A DNA stretch of 64,000 bases, from the NCBI GenBank assembly GCA_965644265.1, contig OZ286459.1, positions 92,690,001 to 92,754,000 of the forward strand, given 5' to 3'. Positions 25,868 to 36,708 of this stretch are shown piece after piece. This DNA is from Glycera tridactyla. Taxonomy: Eukaryota. A program made the translations under genes and the position numbers. The notes under the pieces were generated by a model, which had not been told where the DNA came from, ran no database searches, and worked only from the letters and a program-made list of their open reading frames with translations. Each line of letters begins with the position of its first letter. Within the stretch, counting starts at the first letter, position 1.

Positions 25868-28486
25868 ATGGAGGAGAGAGAATCGCAACTATCAGATACT
25901 GATGAAGGGTTAGACACTGAGCTCGAATCCGAGCTTAGCGACTTTCCCGAGCAAACGCAACAACTTGAGAAACCTCCCGGGACCATCAGGAAGGTGACTC
26001 GGGGGGCGCAGGTAGAGCATACGCAACGGTCCCGTGGAGACACCGATAGACGTAGCTCACACCATGCCCGTAGCCGTAGTGCTCCATCAAAATCTAACAA
26101 AAGCAACGCATCTAGGATTCGCACGAAATCACCAGAGAGGGTGAATTCGGTGAGTTTGAAGAGTAATCAGATCAGATTGAAAGTTCAAGGCGCTGTCAAA
26201 GTCAGTGAGGTCGATCCTCGCCAGACAAACAATGACAAGCACCAGAACCGAATTGATACTGTCATTACACCCGAAGAGCCGAGGGAAAACCGTAATATCC
26301 CTGCCTCGGCAACCGAGTATGATTCAGATGGGTTTAAAATGGTTGGAAGACGGTTTTGGACCAATTCCACGAGAGCCTCGAACGCGTACGCGTGCGCTGC
26401 TGGCGGTAACGCGCCCGCACACGCGTCACGCTACGCGGCTCTCGAGGAAATTGCGGAATCCACCAAAACAACCAAATCAACCAAATTGACTCCAAAAATA
26501 CCATTTTACCCATCTTACGCCAGCGTAACAAAGGGATGGCACCCCACATTCAACTATGACCACAGCCAAGCAGCTACTAATAGCAATAACAATGCAGCTG
26601 GCAGTGAGAAGCAAGATAATAAAAACCAGGGAAAGAAACTTGAAAGAAAGGATAACGTTCCCCCAAAGGGCTCCAGTGGAAACATCCATACATACTTTCA
26701 AACAAAACAAATGTCAGAAAGTAAGGAGGATACCACTAGTTCCATGAAGGGAGGAACTAGCCCTATAGCCGGGACCCCCCCAGAAGATTCCCAGGATATC
26801 CCACTAGGACAAATTCCGAGGGACTCTGATTTGGATGTAACACAAACTGACTCATCTCTGACCATAGTGTCCTCATCCCAACGGATGGTGGCAACACCTA
26901 CCCGTCGGACGAGTAAGATGGACAGTTTGGATACAATTTCCATGTCGGGTATCTTTGGCTTAGACGCCTCTCAGGTTGACCTTAAGAATTCTAACCCCCA
27001 ACAGGGAGGTAGTAAAAGAAAGAATTCAGGGAAAACCAGTACCACGAATGAAGAGCATGAAAAAAAGAAGCTAGCAACGGATCCGAAGCTAGCCTTCCAC
27101 GAGAGATCACTAGAAGCAGTTCATACCCAATCCTTGGAGGACCTCGGAAATTTATCTATATCCGAAGGTAATCCTATGGAACTGGAGGAACATACTGAAA
27201 GTGAGGAACACATTGAATCTCATGAGCCATCTAAAGACCCTGAGAATACTTTGAATTCCCCAACATCTAGGAGAAATTTGAAGATACTCAAAAACCTTGA
27301 AAGTGACTCTGACCTTGAACTTAATTTTGACCAAGGTTATTCTCATGTGTTTCAGAACATCAGCACCCGGGAAGTGGAGATCCCGGAACGAGCTACCAGG
27401 GGCATCAGACAAAGTCGTAGGGAAACGATCGCTAGTGAAAGCAAGAAACTGGCTGCCAATCACCTTACAGAACTTCGCCGCCAAGACCTGGTACCACGCT
27501 ACGCCATGGGAATGGACCCATGGCCATCCTGGCTTCCCGAAAGTGAAGAACTGAGAAGCAAACTTTTCAATCTGAAAAGAAATCAGGCACTGGACACGAT
27601 GAAGGCAGTCTCGGAATGGCTACGTGAGGAAGCCATATTGGACGAGACCGACTCGAGGGCCAGTCTTCAAACAGTTCGACATCACTTCAGAATGAATCCA
27701 AACAGTTTTGATGACGCAAAGAACATGATCAAAAGACAAGTTGCCAGAAACCTCGAGGGAAAAGAGGAAAATCTTCATCGCATGAAACGACGTCTGCAGG
27801 AAAAGAAAGTCACCAAAGAAGAGTTCATCTCAAAAATGGTGACCCCGAAAAGTGAACCGGTCCCCACAGACGACAACCGCCCGTTTACCTACCACCAGTC
27901 ACTCACAGAAGATGACCGTGAGCAACTGCTAAAAGAAAAGAAACGGAGGAGAAACAAGGCGGTCTACGAAAAACGCAAGCAGATCTACAAAAAAGCAAAG
28001 GAGATTCTGCAAAAGAAGACCACAAACGAGGATGAAGTCGTTCCGGACGAGATGCCGAACAGAGAGGAGAGTAAGAAGGGTAAAGGGACCCCAAAAAACT
28101 CACCAACATCTGCTCAAGCATCTCGGAAGGATAGACGTCCTAAGACCAGAGACGACACTCCACCAAAGTCGGGAGGCTACAACAAAAAGCAACCACAGAA
28201 ACCGACAACGAAGTGGAATCCTGGAGAGGGCTCCTCGAAGGATTTTGGTGGCGGGCTAGTCGTAGAGTTGACCAACGGACGACGAACCCCGCGGTTAGAG
28301 ACGGCGAGTGTACCACCGAGCCGCCGCCAACCAAACGGCAAACCGAGAAAAGACCAACGAGCACCAAAGAACTCGAAGGGGGAACCGAAAGAAAAGAAGC
28401 AGAAAATGGCTTCCATGTTGAGCAAGGCACTGAGCCAGATGCTCAAACAGATGGAAGACTCGGACCTGGAATCAGACGACGAGTAG
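25868..28486 (+). CDS. PLE ORF1, 872 aa: disordered Ser/Thr/Lys/Glu-rich protein with a central helical/coiled-coil block
   Basis: Uninterrupted ATG-TAG ORF just inside the left terminal repeat. No recognisable catalytic motif. Confidence 0.8.
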   Translation: MEERESQLSDTDEGLDTELESELSDFPEQTQQLEKPPGTIRKVTRGAQVEHTQRSRGDTDRRSSHHARSRSAPSKSNKSNASRIRTKSPERVNSVSLKSNQIRLKVQGAVKVSEVDPRQTNNDKHQNRIDTVITPEEPRENRNIPASATEYDSDGFKMVGRRFWTNSTRASNAYACAAGGNAPAHASRYAALEEIAESTKTTKSTKLTPKIPFYPSYASVTKGWHPTFNYDHSQAATNSNNNAAGSEKQDNKNQGKKLERKDNVPPKGSSGNIHTYFQTKQMSESKEDTTSSMKGGTSPIAGTPPEDSQDIPLGQIPRDSDLDVTQTDSSLTIVSSSQRMVATPTRRTSKMDSLDTISMSGIFGLDASQVDLKNSNPQQGGSKRKNSGKTSTTNEEHEKKKLATDPKLAFHERSLEAVHTQSLEDLGNLSISEGNPMELEEHTESEEHIESHEPSKDPENTLNSPTSRRNLKILKNLESDSDLELNFDQGYSHVFQNISTREVEIPERATRGIRQSRRETIASESKKLAANHLTELRRQDLVPRYAMGMDPWPSWLPESEELRSKLFNLKRNQALDTMKAVSEWLREEAILDETDSRASLQTVRHHFRMNPNSFDDAKNMIKRQVARNLEGKEENLHRMKRRLQEKKVTKEEFISKMVTPKSEPVPTDDNRPFTYHQSLTEDDREQLLKEKKRRRNKAVYEKRKQIYKKAKEILQKKTTNEDEVVPDEMPNREESKKGKGTPKNSPTSAQASRKDRRPKTRDDTPPKSGGYNKKQPQKPTTKWNPGEGSSKDFGGGLVVELTNGRRTPRLETASVPPSRRQPNGKPRKDQRAPKNSKGEPKEKKQKMASMLSKALSQMLKQMEDSDLESDDE

Positions 28487-31116
28487 AGAGTGAGGTCATA
28501 GACCCACACACAGACTCAGCGCCGATAATTGACTCAGAGAACTCTAACAATAGCAATAGACATTCTCGAGACAAAAATTCGACGAAAGTCAATAAAGATT
28601 CCCCCATAAAACTTTACTCAGCTTGTGTCATTGCTGTCAACCACTTGTTCAAGCACAGACTAAAGGTTTTCATTGAACAACTGAATGAGAAAGACAAAGC
28701 CATTGTGAATTTATCTGACTTCAAACTCTCTGCAGATCATGAAGCACTTCTGCAAAAAGGTCTCACCTTCTGTCCCACACCAGGTGAGCCCTCATCAGCA
28801 GAATTGCGTCGTGACCTGGATACCTTTCACCGACAAATGAAACTCAATTCATTTTTTGGGAAAGAATCGAGAGAGAATGAACAAAGGGCACAGATCAAAA
28901 AGACCAAACGGGGAGTTGTCCATACACAAACACAGGACACACCCACACCAGCACAGGGTTTTTCCACCCACTCCTCGGTTGGCCCATTTGATCACAAGGA
29001 CTTCAGTCCAAAATCCACTTGGACACCCGACAATATCCCTACAATGTTGGATTGCTTCATCTCGGTTAATGAGCTTGAACTAGCTAAAATGAAATTGAAC
29101 TCACCAGTCAGACAAAATCTGAAACAAACCGAGAAAAAAGCACTCCAAGACCTACAACAACAAAGGGACATTGTCATAAAGAAGGCCGACAAAGGATCCA
29201 GCTTTGTAATCATGAACGTAACTGACTATAAAGCAGAAGGCCTGAGACAGTTATCTGATACTAATTTTTATCATAAAACTGACAATGACTTGACGGAGAC
29301 CCACAATGCCCTCGTCCGGGACAAGATTTCTGAACTCAGAACGTATGGGGAGATAAGCTCTAATACAGAGAAATATCTCACAATTGATAGCCCACGCACG
29401 GCGCAATTCTATCTGCTCCCAAAAATTCATAAAGGACTCGAAAAACCACCAGGAAGACCGATTGTGTCTGCGAATGATTGCCCCACAGAGCGAATCTCGG
29501 AATTTGTAGATTTTTTCTTAAAAGCATTCATGACCGAGATACCCTCTTTTCTGAGAGACACAAGCCACTTCCTGTCGGAGATCGAGAAAATCGGTCAGAC
29601 ACCAAAAGGAAGCATCCTGGTGACTATGGATGTCACTAGTCTATACACAAACATCCCCATAGATGAGGGGATTGAAAGTGTTAAAAGATTCCTGAACATC
29701 CACAGACTAACTACCTCCAAGCCCCGAAATGAAAGTATCTGTGAACTACTGGGACTTACCTTACGTTGTAATAATTTTCAGTTTGACGACGAAAATTATT
29801 TACAAGTAGGAGGCACAGCAATGGGAACAAGGGTAGCACCAAGCTTGGCGAATATCTTCATGGCAAACTTTGAAGATAAATTCGTCTACCCTTATCCACT
29901 GCAACCTATCTTCTATAGAAGATTCCTGGACGACATTATTTTTGTCTGGACCCATGGTCTGGACGCCCTCCAGGACTTCGAAAAACATCTTAATGGAAGC
30001 CATCCAACCATCAAATTCACCATGGAGACCTCACCCCATTCAGTGAATTTCTTGGACACAACCCTCCATCTAGATGAAGTGGGCCATTTGTGGACAGATC
30101 TGTACAGCAAACCAACAGATAGTCATACATACCTACACCACAGATCAGCTCACCCCTCTCATTGCAAACGCAGCATCCCATACAGTCAATTATTGAGGAT
30201 ACGCCGCATTTGTAGCAGAAGGGAGGACTACACGAGACACGCCACAATCCTGTGCTGCCACTTCCTCCGAAGACAGTATCCCATGAAAACCTTGATAGAA
30301 GCTCTGAACAAAGCAACTTCAAGGACTAGAATGGAGCTATTGACAGCACAGGAAGAAAAACTAAAGTCTCAAACGACATGTTCGGAAAATGACAAAGACC
30401 AGGTCTTTCTAATAACCACATTCACTCCAGAGTTTGGTGGCATGAAAGACATGATCTTGAATCATTGGGACTTGCTAAAACGATCGACAGCGACAAAAAC
30501 ACTATCAGAATATAAAGTAGTTTTTGCCAACCGACGACCACCGAACCTACAGAGTCTATTGGTCCGTGCCCGACTACCCCAACGAAAGACGGACACACAG
30601 ACCAAACACCCATGCAGCCAATATCGGAACAGATGCACTTACCGAAAGTGCAAATTCTGTCCATTGCTGGAAAAAACAGGGAGAATTAGGAGCAACTATA
30701 CAGGCAGAGAATATAACTGTAAAAAGAATATCACCTGCCAGAGTAGCAACCTAATATATTGCATCACATGCAAAGTCGGTTCAATCCAATATGTAGGACA
30801 GACAGGCAACACTATACATGAGAGATTTGGGGCACATTCAGGTAACATTACCAGAAACAACCTCAAAGAGGATGTCAGCAGACACTATCTCTCTGACAGA
30901 CACCACGGACTCCAGGATATGAAGATTTCAGTATTAGATTTCATTCATACCGCCCCCAAAACCAGATATGCACTGACACTGAGACTCCAAATTGAATTCA
31001 ATTGGATTCAGAGACTCAGAACATTGCTACCATTTGGTTTGAACACCAAAGATAGAAGTCCTCAGGAGGTGGGATGTAGAAATTGGAGACACTATAGAGA
31101 CACTAATAAGTACTAA
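28213..31116 (+). CDS. PLE ORF2: reverse transcriptase plus GIY-YIG endonuclease (true start uncertain)
   Basis: VNLS..L...LLQKGLTFCPTP, PPGRPIVS, LVTMDVTSLYTNIP, GTAMGTRVAPSLANIFM, RRFLDDI, FLD, LYSKPTD, Cys cluster CTYRKCKFC, NLIYCITC...YVGQT, ERFGAH, PFGLN; no internal stops. Confidence 0.96.
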   Translation: MESWRGLLEGFWWRASRRVDQRTTNPAVRDGECTTEPPPTKRQTEKRPTSTKELEGGTERKEAENGFHVEQGTEPDAQTDGRLGPGIRRRVESEVIDPHTDSAPIIDSENSNNSNRHSRDKNSTKVNKDSPIKLYSACVIAVNHLFKHRLKVFIEQLNEKDKAIVNLSDFKLSADHEALLQKGLTFCPTPGEPSSAELRRDLDTFHRQMKLNSFFGKESRENEQRAQIKKTKRGVVHTQTQDTPTPAQGFSTHSSVGPFDHKDFSPKSTWTPDNIPTMLDCFISVNELELAKMKLNSPVRQNLKQTEKKALQDLQQQRDIVIKKADKGSSFVIMNVTDYKAEGLRQLSDTNFYHKTDNDLTETHNALVRDKISELRTYGEISSNTEKYLTIDSPRTAQFYLLPKIHKGLEKPPGRPIVSANDCPTERISEFVDFFLKAFMTEIPSFLRDTSHFLSEIEKIGQTPKGSILVTMDVTSLYTNIPIDEGIESVKRFLNIHRLTTSKPRNESICELLGLTLRCNNFQFDDENYLQVGGTAMGTRVAPSLANIFMANFEDKFVYPYPLQPIFYRRFLDDIIFVWTHGLDALQDFEKHLNGSHPTIKFTMETSPHSVNFLDTTLHLDEVGHLWTDLYSKPTDSHTYLHHRSAHPSHCKRSIPYSQLLRIRRICSRREDYTRHATILCCHFLRRQYPMKTLIEALNKATSRTRMELLTAQEEKLKSQTTCSENDKDQVFLITTFTPEFGGMKDMILNHWDLLKRSTATKTLSEYKVVFANRRPPNLQSLLVRARLPQRKTDTQTKHPCSQYRNRCTYRKCKFCPLLEKTGRIRSNYTGREYNCKKNITCQSSNLIYCITCKVGSIQYVGQTGNTIHERFGAHSGNITRNNLKEDVSRHYLSDRHHGLQDMKISVLDFIHTAPKTRYALTLRLQIEFNWIQRLRTLLPFGLNTKDRSPQEVGCRNWRHYRDTNKY

Positions 31117-31623
31117 GCATCTCCATCCTACACCAGAAACGCCATATAGGAGACCTCCACCCCGGAAAATTAATACATAGGGCCAAAGAAATTACCTTGA
31201 AAATTCAATAAATTTTGAAATTTCAACCTGACCCTACAATTATGCCCTACCAGCAGGTAGTTGGGGGTATCTGCCCCCATATGGATGGATAATGAATGGA
31301 CTCACCTGTGCTTGCCTCGTCTACACAACATCATATTAATCACAGTGATCCACCCATAATCCACCTCCTACACTCTGGTGCAGACATCCCCCAATTCAGC
31401 AAATAATTGGGGAATGCCGCCCTCCCAACCGCCTTGATATACATGCACTCTTAGAATCATGACACACTCAAATGTGTCTTCATGACTATAAGTGCACCAA
31501 TCACCTTTAAAAGATCTTCCTATAATTATAGGAAGATCCACCACTAGGTGGACCACCACCAGACAATTTTACAATTACCCTAATGGGATAATGTGAAACC
31601 ATTGATTATATTAACCAATCATT

Positions 31624-31868
31624 AGGTGACTGATGAGGCCCATATGGCCGAAACTCGGGATGGTACTGAGGCACAGCATACTGTAATTGGTACAATCACA
31701 CAGAACAATGGAACAAAGGGCGGTTCCAGGTTCTATGAGTCACAGTGGGATGCATCTCTAGGGATACACTAGATGTCACTATAACGACGCCTAGTGGCCT
31801 AGTGACGCAACGCCCTGTGACGTCATCAACGGCGGTTGTAAACATTTCCGTCATTCCGAGTCTCACCT
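31624..31868 (+). ncRNA. Type I hammerhead ribozyme with a 189-nt insertion in loop III
   Basis: Stem I AGGTGA (31624-29)/TCACCT (31863-68); core CTGATGA (31630-36); stem II GGCC-catat-GGCC; GAAA (31650-53); stem III CTCGGGATG (31654-62)/CATTCCGAG (31852-60); GTC cleavage triplet ends at 31862. Confidence 0.88.
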
Positions 31869-31907
31869 TGAGCGACGACGGACGCTTGGCCACGTATACA
31901 ACATATA
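31849..31907 (+). repeat. Right terminal direct repeat of the PLE (59 bp)
   Basis: Identical to 25765-25823, followed by (AT)n. Confidence 0.95.
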
Positions 31908-32834
31908 TATATATATATATATACCATTGATCATCACAGTGAGTCATATGATATGGACATAGCTGTGCCTGAACTATCAGCTTGACAACCATTCAGGTTC
32001 CTTATCATTTAGTTTACAGGGTTTGTGAGAGTGTCAAATGTCGAAGCTGACAGCACACATTCCCCACAAGTGGTGGTAAGACATTATGGTAAGACATCAA
32101 TGTGGCCAGTGTATCATGTATTATAATACTATCCATTCGCACAACTACGGCCATTTCCAGTGGATATTGGATTCAATTCAATTCAATCAAAATTTATTTA
32201 TACTCGTAATAATCATTTGAATGCATTGTTCATTATGTTCCTTTGAAAAATCTCTACCCAGGAAATTGTTTCAGCGGATGGAGTTTTGTTTGAGGGTCAC
32301 ATTGATATGCTTATACTGTCTCACACAATATTCCAGCTGTTCTGAATAACATTCCAATGTCGTTCCATGCCATGGCTTTTTGGGGAATTTTGGAACAATA
32401 ATGGACACAATTGCTTGGCGGCCAGTATTGCTGTACATCAGGTGGACATTATTGGTGCCGTGATTGGCACACCAAGTGTATTATTTATTGTGTGATATTT
32501 ATGGTGATACTGTGTTTTTACCGATACATAAATGGTGTATCTCTACTTCATTTGAAGAATTGTATGACCTTGAAGCACATTCCAGATTGAGCCAACAAGT
32601 TGGTCTCCTCGTAATGACTTTTTTGCGGTTTTTATTGTGTTGTATGGGTTTATATTGAGTGGATGCTGCTGTACCTGAGCGATTGCAGGTCCAAGTTATC
32701 ATCTCATCTCACTTGCTTTCCAATTTTTCACATTCGTCCTGAGCTTGGCAGTTTGCCAATTCTTTTCACAAGTCATCATTTTCAGTTTAAATACATTCAA
32801 AAATGGTACACTCTCTTCCTTTTATTCCAAACTA

Positions 32835-32919
32835 CAATTGAACCTGTTCTGACCTGCAACTCATTAGGAATTCGAAAACTGGCTGTTAGTAGAGTGGATG
32901 CTCAGGACAGGTTAAATTG
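32835..32919. mobile_element. Short Tc1-type MITE
   Basis: TA-flanked CAATTGAACCTGT/ACAGGTTAAATTG. Confidence 0.55.
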
Positions 32920-34975
32920 TACCTAGACATTATATTGCAACAGAGCAGAGTTGGTCTGAGAAATACAGTAGATTTGGAGGAATAGTATGATGATGCATAT
33001 TCATGAAGAACCTAGATTACCTCATGGTTCTCCTATGTCAGCAACCACAATTTCTCATTATTGCAAGAGAAACATATCACCAGTGCACCACCTTTGTCCA
33101 AGCTGGATGTTTCTCATTTCATTGCTCATTCGACTATCAAGATTCTAGAGTGAAATCGTATTTGATCTCAAGATGAAACATTTCTGAGGATGGTTTTCAC
33201 ATCAGACTTCACACTTTTTTTATACAATATCCTGAATGTCTGTGAAATATGTTCAAGTTAAAAAAGTCACTAGTCAAAGCTGAAAGATGCCACAAGTTAT
33301 AAGTGATAATGTTATGTTATACTATTGTTATTATTTTAGTTACAGTTTTTTTTTGAGTGATACCGATTGATCTCCTAAATCAAATGTTTTTATTTCCAGG
33401 TTAGTCTTTCCTGTGTTTATCATGGTATTATTTCCTCATTGCACTCATCCATTTTTGGGCCCAGCTCAGTCAATTATGGTATCCATTCTTGCATACGTTT
33501 CATGAGGTGGACTTGATTGGACACAACACTGGTGGGTGGACTATATATGATGTAAGGATTGCTGTATATTCAGATTTGTATTATATATGTATTATATTGT
33601 GTTTGAAGGCCAGAGAGAGAGACAGACAGACAGAGAGATAGAGGGGTGGGGGGGGGGGGTGGGGGGGGAGAGAGTGTAGCTGTCATGATCAAATAATGGC
33701 CAGTTTTCCCATCTGGATTCATTCCTTGTCTGGTATGGTACCCACCATATTGCCTCAGTGAGTGTATGAACTGAGGACCGTCATCACTTGATGCCATCCA
33801 GGTTTTCTGTTTGCCGTATCATAAATCATGTGGAGCAGTATCTGTTACAGAAGAGACATTCCACCCTCAAGATCTGGGAAACTTGGTGATTACACCATTT
33901 TTTCATTGCATAGTATTTTCATTCATGGTTATCATACCATGATATGGATCACTGCATCAGCATGCAATGAAAATGGATGCCACTACAATGCCACAATCAT
34001 TTGAAGCACCCTCATATGGAAATACGGTAGCTATATGGAAAAAAATAACCACATGCATGATTGCCATAACATGCCCATATACATATAGTATAAAAAGTAT
34101 TCTTGTATATGTGAAATTATTGTCATCAGTAAACCATTAAATGTGAATTTTTTAACTTATGTACCATGTTGGGATAATCAGATAACATTTTTACTTGCTG
34201 GGTGTTACAGTCCTTCAGTTGGGAATTGAGATATCTTCAAGATTTCTTCCAAAGCAGTTTGCTGACTGAATCATATCTTCTGGTTTGTGGTCGGGAGATC
34301 TAAATGGTGTTCTGTGATGACCATGAGTGCTGTGAAACTGTGAAGACACACTGCCCAAATGAAAGAAACTGTTTCATGAAGCCACCTTTTTGAACACCAG
34401 AAAAGATTCATCAGTTTCATTGATGCTGCAGTCTCGAAGAGCTCTAGTTAGATAAACAAAAGTAAATTTGCTCAATGGTAATGACATTTCAGTGCTCATC
34501 TTCATTTCAGCTGTGACTACTCCTTGTGGTCCAGTGAGAGCCATAGGAATTGATTCATGGGGTAACACGGTGGTTAACATATTTATAACAGAAATGATTT
34601 GCACATGTATGAGGACTATTCAGACATGTAACCATGTGTCACTGTATTGTGGCATCAGAAGTGGCGCTGTGAGTGACCCTAAATTGTATAAATTTACACC
34701 TTTAGATGGGATCAGAGAGAAAAGGTCTGGAAAGATCCCACCCATGCCTATTTCTTGGGTGTCACAATAAAGCCCATGTATTGCAGACATGAAGTGCAAT
34801 TAGCATTACTAAATTGCCAACCTGCAGTTCAAATGTATATGAGATTGGGCTGGATGAGAAATTCCTTACTATCTTTCGAGAATATGAGATTGAAGTTGAG
34901 CACATTTTAAAGTGATATTGAGTGCTCAACACATTTTGAGCTGTAAATCCATTAAGTACATGATGGATGTGTCTA

Positions 34976-35302
34976 CTGTATATCACCGAATATACGCACA
35001 GTGCGCGAAGGTGTAGCCAAGTACCGTGCGTGTCTATTTGGAAGCAAATCTGAGGAAACATCGACCTCGCCATGTGTAATAGCAATACAATGATTTTGGC
35101 GTATCCCGGTCATCCACAAACGCCCACATGTTGATAAGGTATGAATGGATACTGCCAAACACTTATGAATCGAGAAAATTTGTATGTTCGATGATCTTAT
35201 ATTAGTATAGATTACGGGGTGCACGTCTGATTGGGTATTGGTGATTGGGCGTGCACGTCTGATTGGGTATGGGTGATTGGGCGTGTATACGGCAATATAC
35301 AG
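34976..35302. mobile_element. TA-flanked MITE with internal ~32-bp tandem repeat
   Basis: CTGTATATCACCGAATATACGC/GCGTGTATACGGCAATATACAG imperfect TIRs; GTGCACGTCTGATTGGGTAT twice. Confidence 0.55.
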
Positions 35303-36645
35303 TAATATGAAATTTTTCATGGCAACAACTCAGAGAAATACCATAAGAATGCAAAGTGGTGACTCGATAATTATACCAAGCCTCATTTACACAGTTTGTA
35401 AACATTCAAATTCCCATCAGACGCAGTTCATCAAATATGACTCAGTATATTATTTATCATTAATCGATGGATGTTGGTGGTGGAATTGCTAATCTTATTC
35501 AAATATTGATGAGGCATAGTCCAAGAGAAGATGGTTATACAGTTGTAGTATGGGAGTGGCAGTTCTATGTGTGAACATGAGAATTATGTGGTATATATGA
35601 GTGGGATCCTTATAAGTCTTAGCATTTCAAAATAAGCACAGTATGTGTGTCCGAACTGGGGCTCAGTCCAATAGTTGTCTGTAGACATGTATCCATACCT
35701 CCTCTTTTGTATTCAGCTCTTAGAAGTTTTGTATTCAGCAATGACTGAATGCATTCAAGTGGATAAGCATACTGGTATGATGTGAGAGTGATATTTGCCT
35801 TGCTATATATACTCCTTGATATTATGATTTGTCTGTATGATCATCATCTACTCATCCATCCTTCATGAAAAATATGAACCTGAAGGTATTTGAATGAAAT
35901 TTATGTTCCTTGGCTCCACTCACCTTCTATCAGCATGATCAGTCTCAGACATACATATAGGGTATTTTGCTATCAGGAATTGAACAATACAATTTTCACC
36001 TACTATGTTGAAAGTTGGCAAAAGTTATGAAAAAAAGATATATACAATTGGTATTCATCAGGGACCTACAGGTAACTTTGTTCAACACTGGCAGCAAGAG
36101 TCTATAACACATGATGTCATATTTTGTCTGTTGCCACAGTCAAGAGGTTGTAGTTGTCTCAAGACAAAGCCTCTCTTGTACTTGTGGATTCCATTTAAGC
36201 TATCAAACTAAACAAATACTATCGGTAATATCAGGTGGCTAGGTTGTGACCACTTGAGCTGTGATGATCTGACAGAGAGAAAACATAGACATGCTCAAGC
36301 AGACACTAAAACATATTCTCCCTTTGTTCACGAGGCCGAGAAAAAAGATGAAATGGGTTGCTTAGTGCAAGATCATACTTAGAACTGGTCAGTTGTAAAA
36401 AATACTCATTGGATGGATGCCGAAAGTTACTTTCATGGCATATCTGAACTTTTTTCACCTGCTGGTTTACTGTCAAATATACGTTGCACCGGGATTTAAA
36501 TTTATAGCTCAAATGGACTTCATGAGGCTCACCCATTGATGCTGGATGTTTTATATGCTGAAAGCTATAGTGATGAACCCATCATACTCTCACAGATTAA
36601 TTTCCTCAGTCGATGGCAGTGCTGGGAACTGCCAGGAAGGATCAA

Positions 36646-36647
<2 letters not shown>

Positions 36648-36707
<60 letters not shown>
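36648..36707. repeat. Compound microsatellite (AT)n(AG)n
   Basis: Direct reading. Confidence 0.9.

Positions 36708-36708
<1 letters not shown>

Larger units (their letters stand above)
25765..31907 (+). mobile_element. Penelope-like retroelement (probably Neptune clade), apparently full length
   Basis: RT followed by C-terminal GIY-YIG with a Cys-rich linker; identical 59-bp direct repeats at 25765-25823 and 31849-31907; hammerhead in the 3' UTR; flanked by AT microsatellite. Confidence 0.93.
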
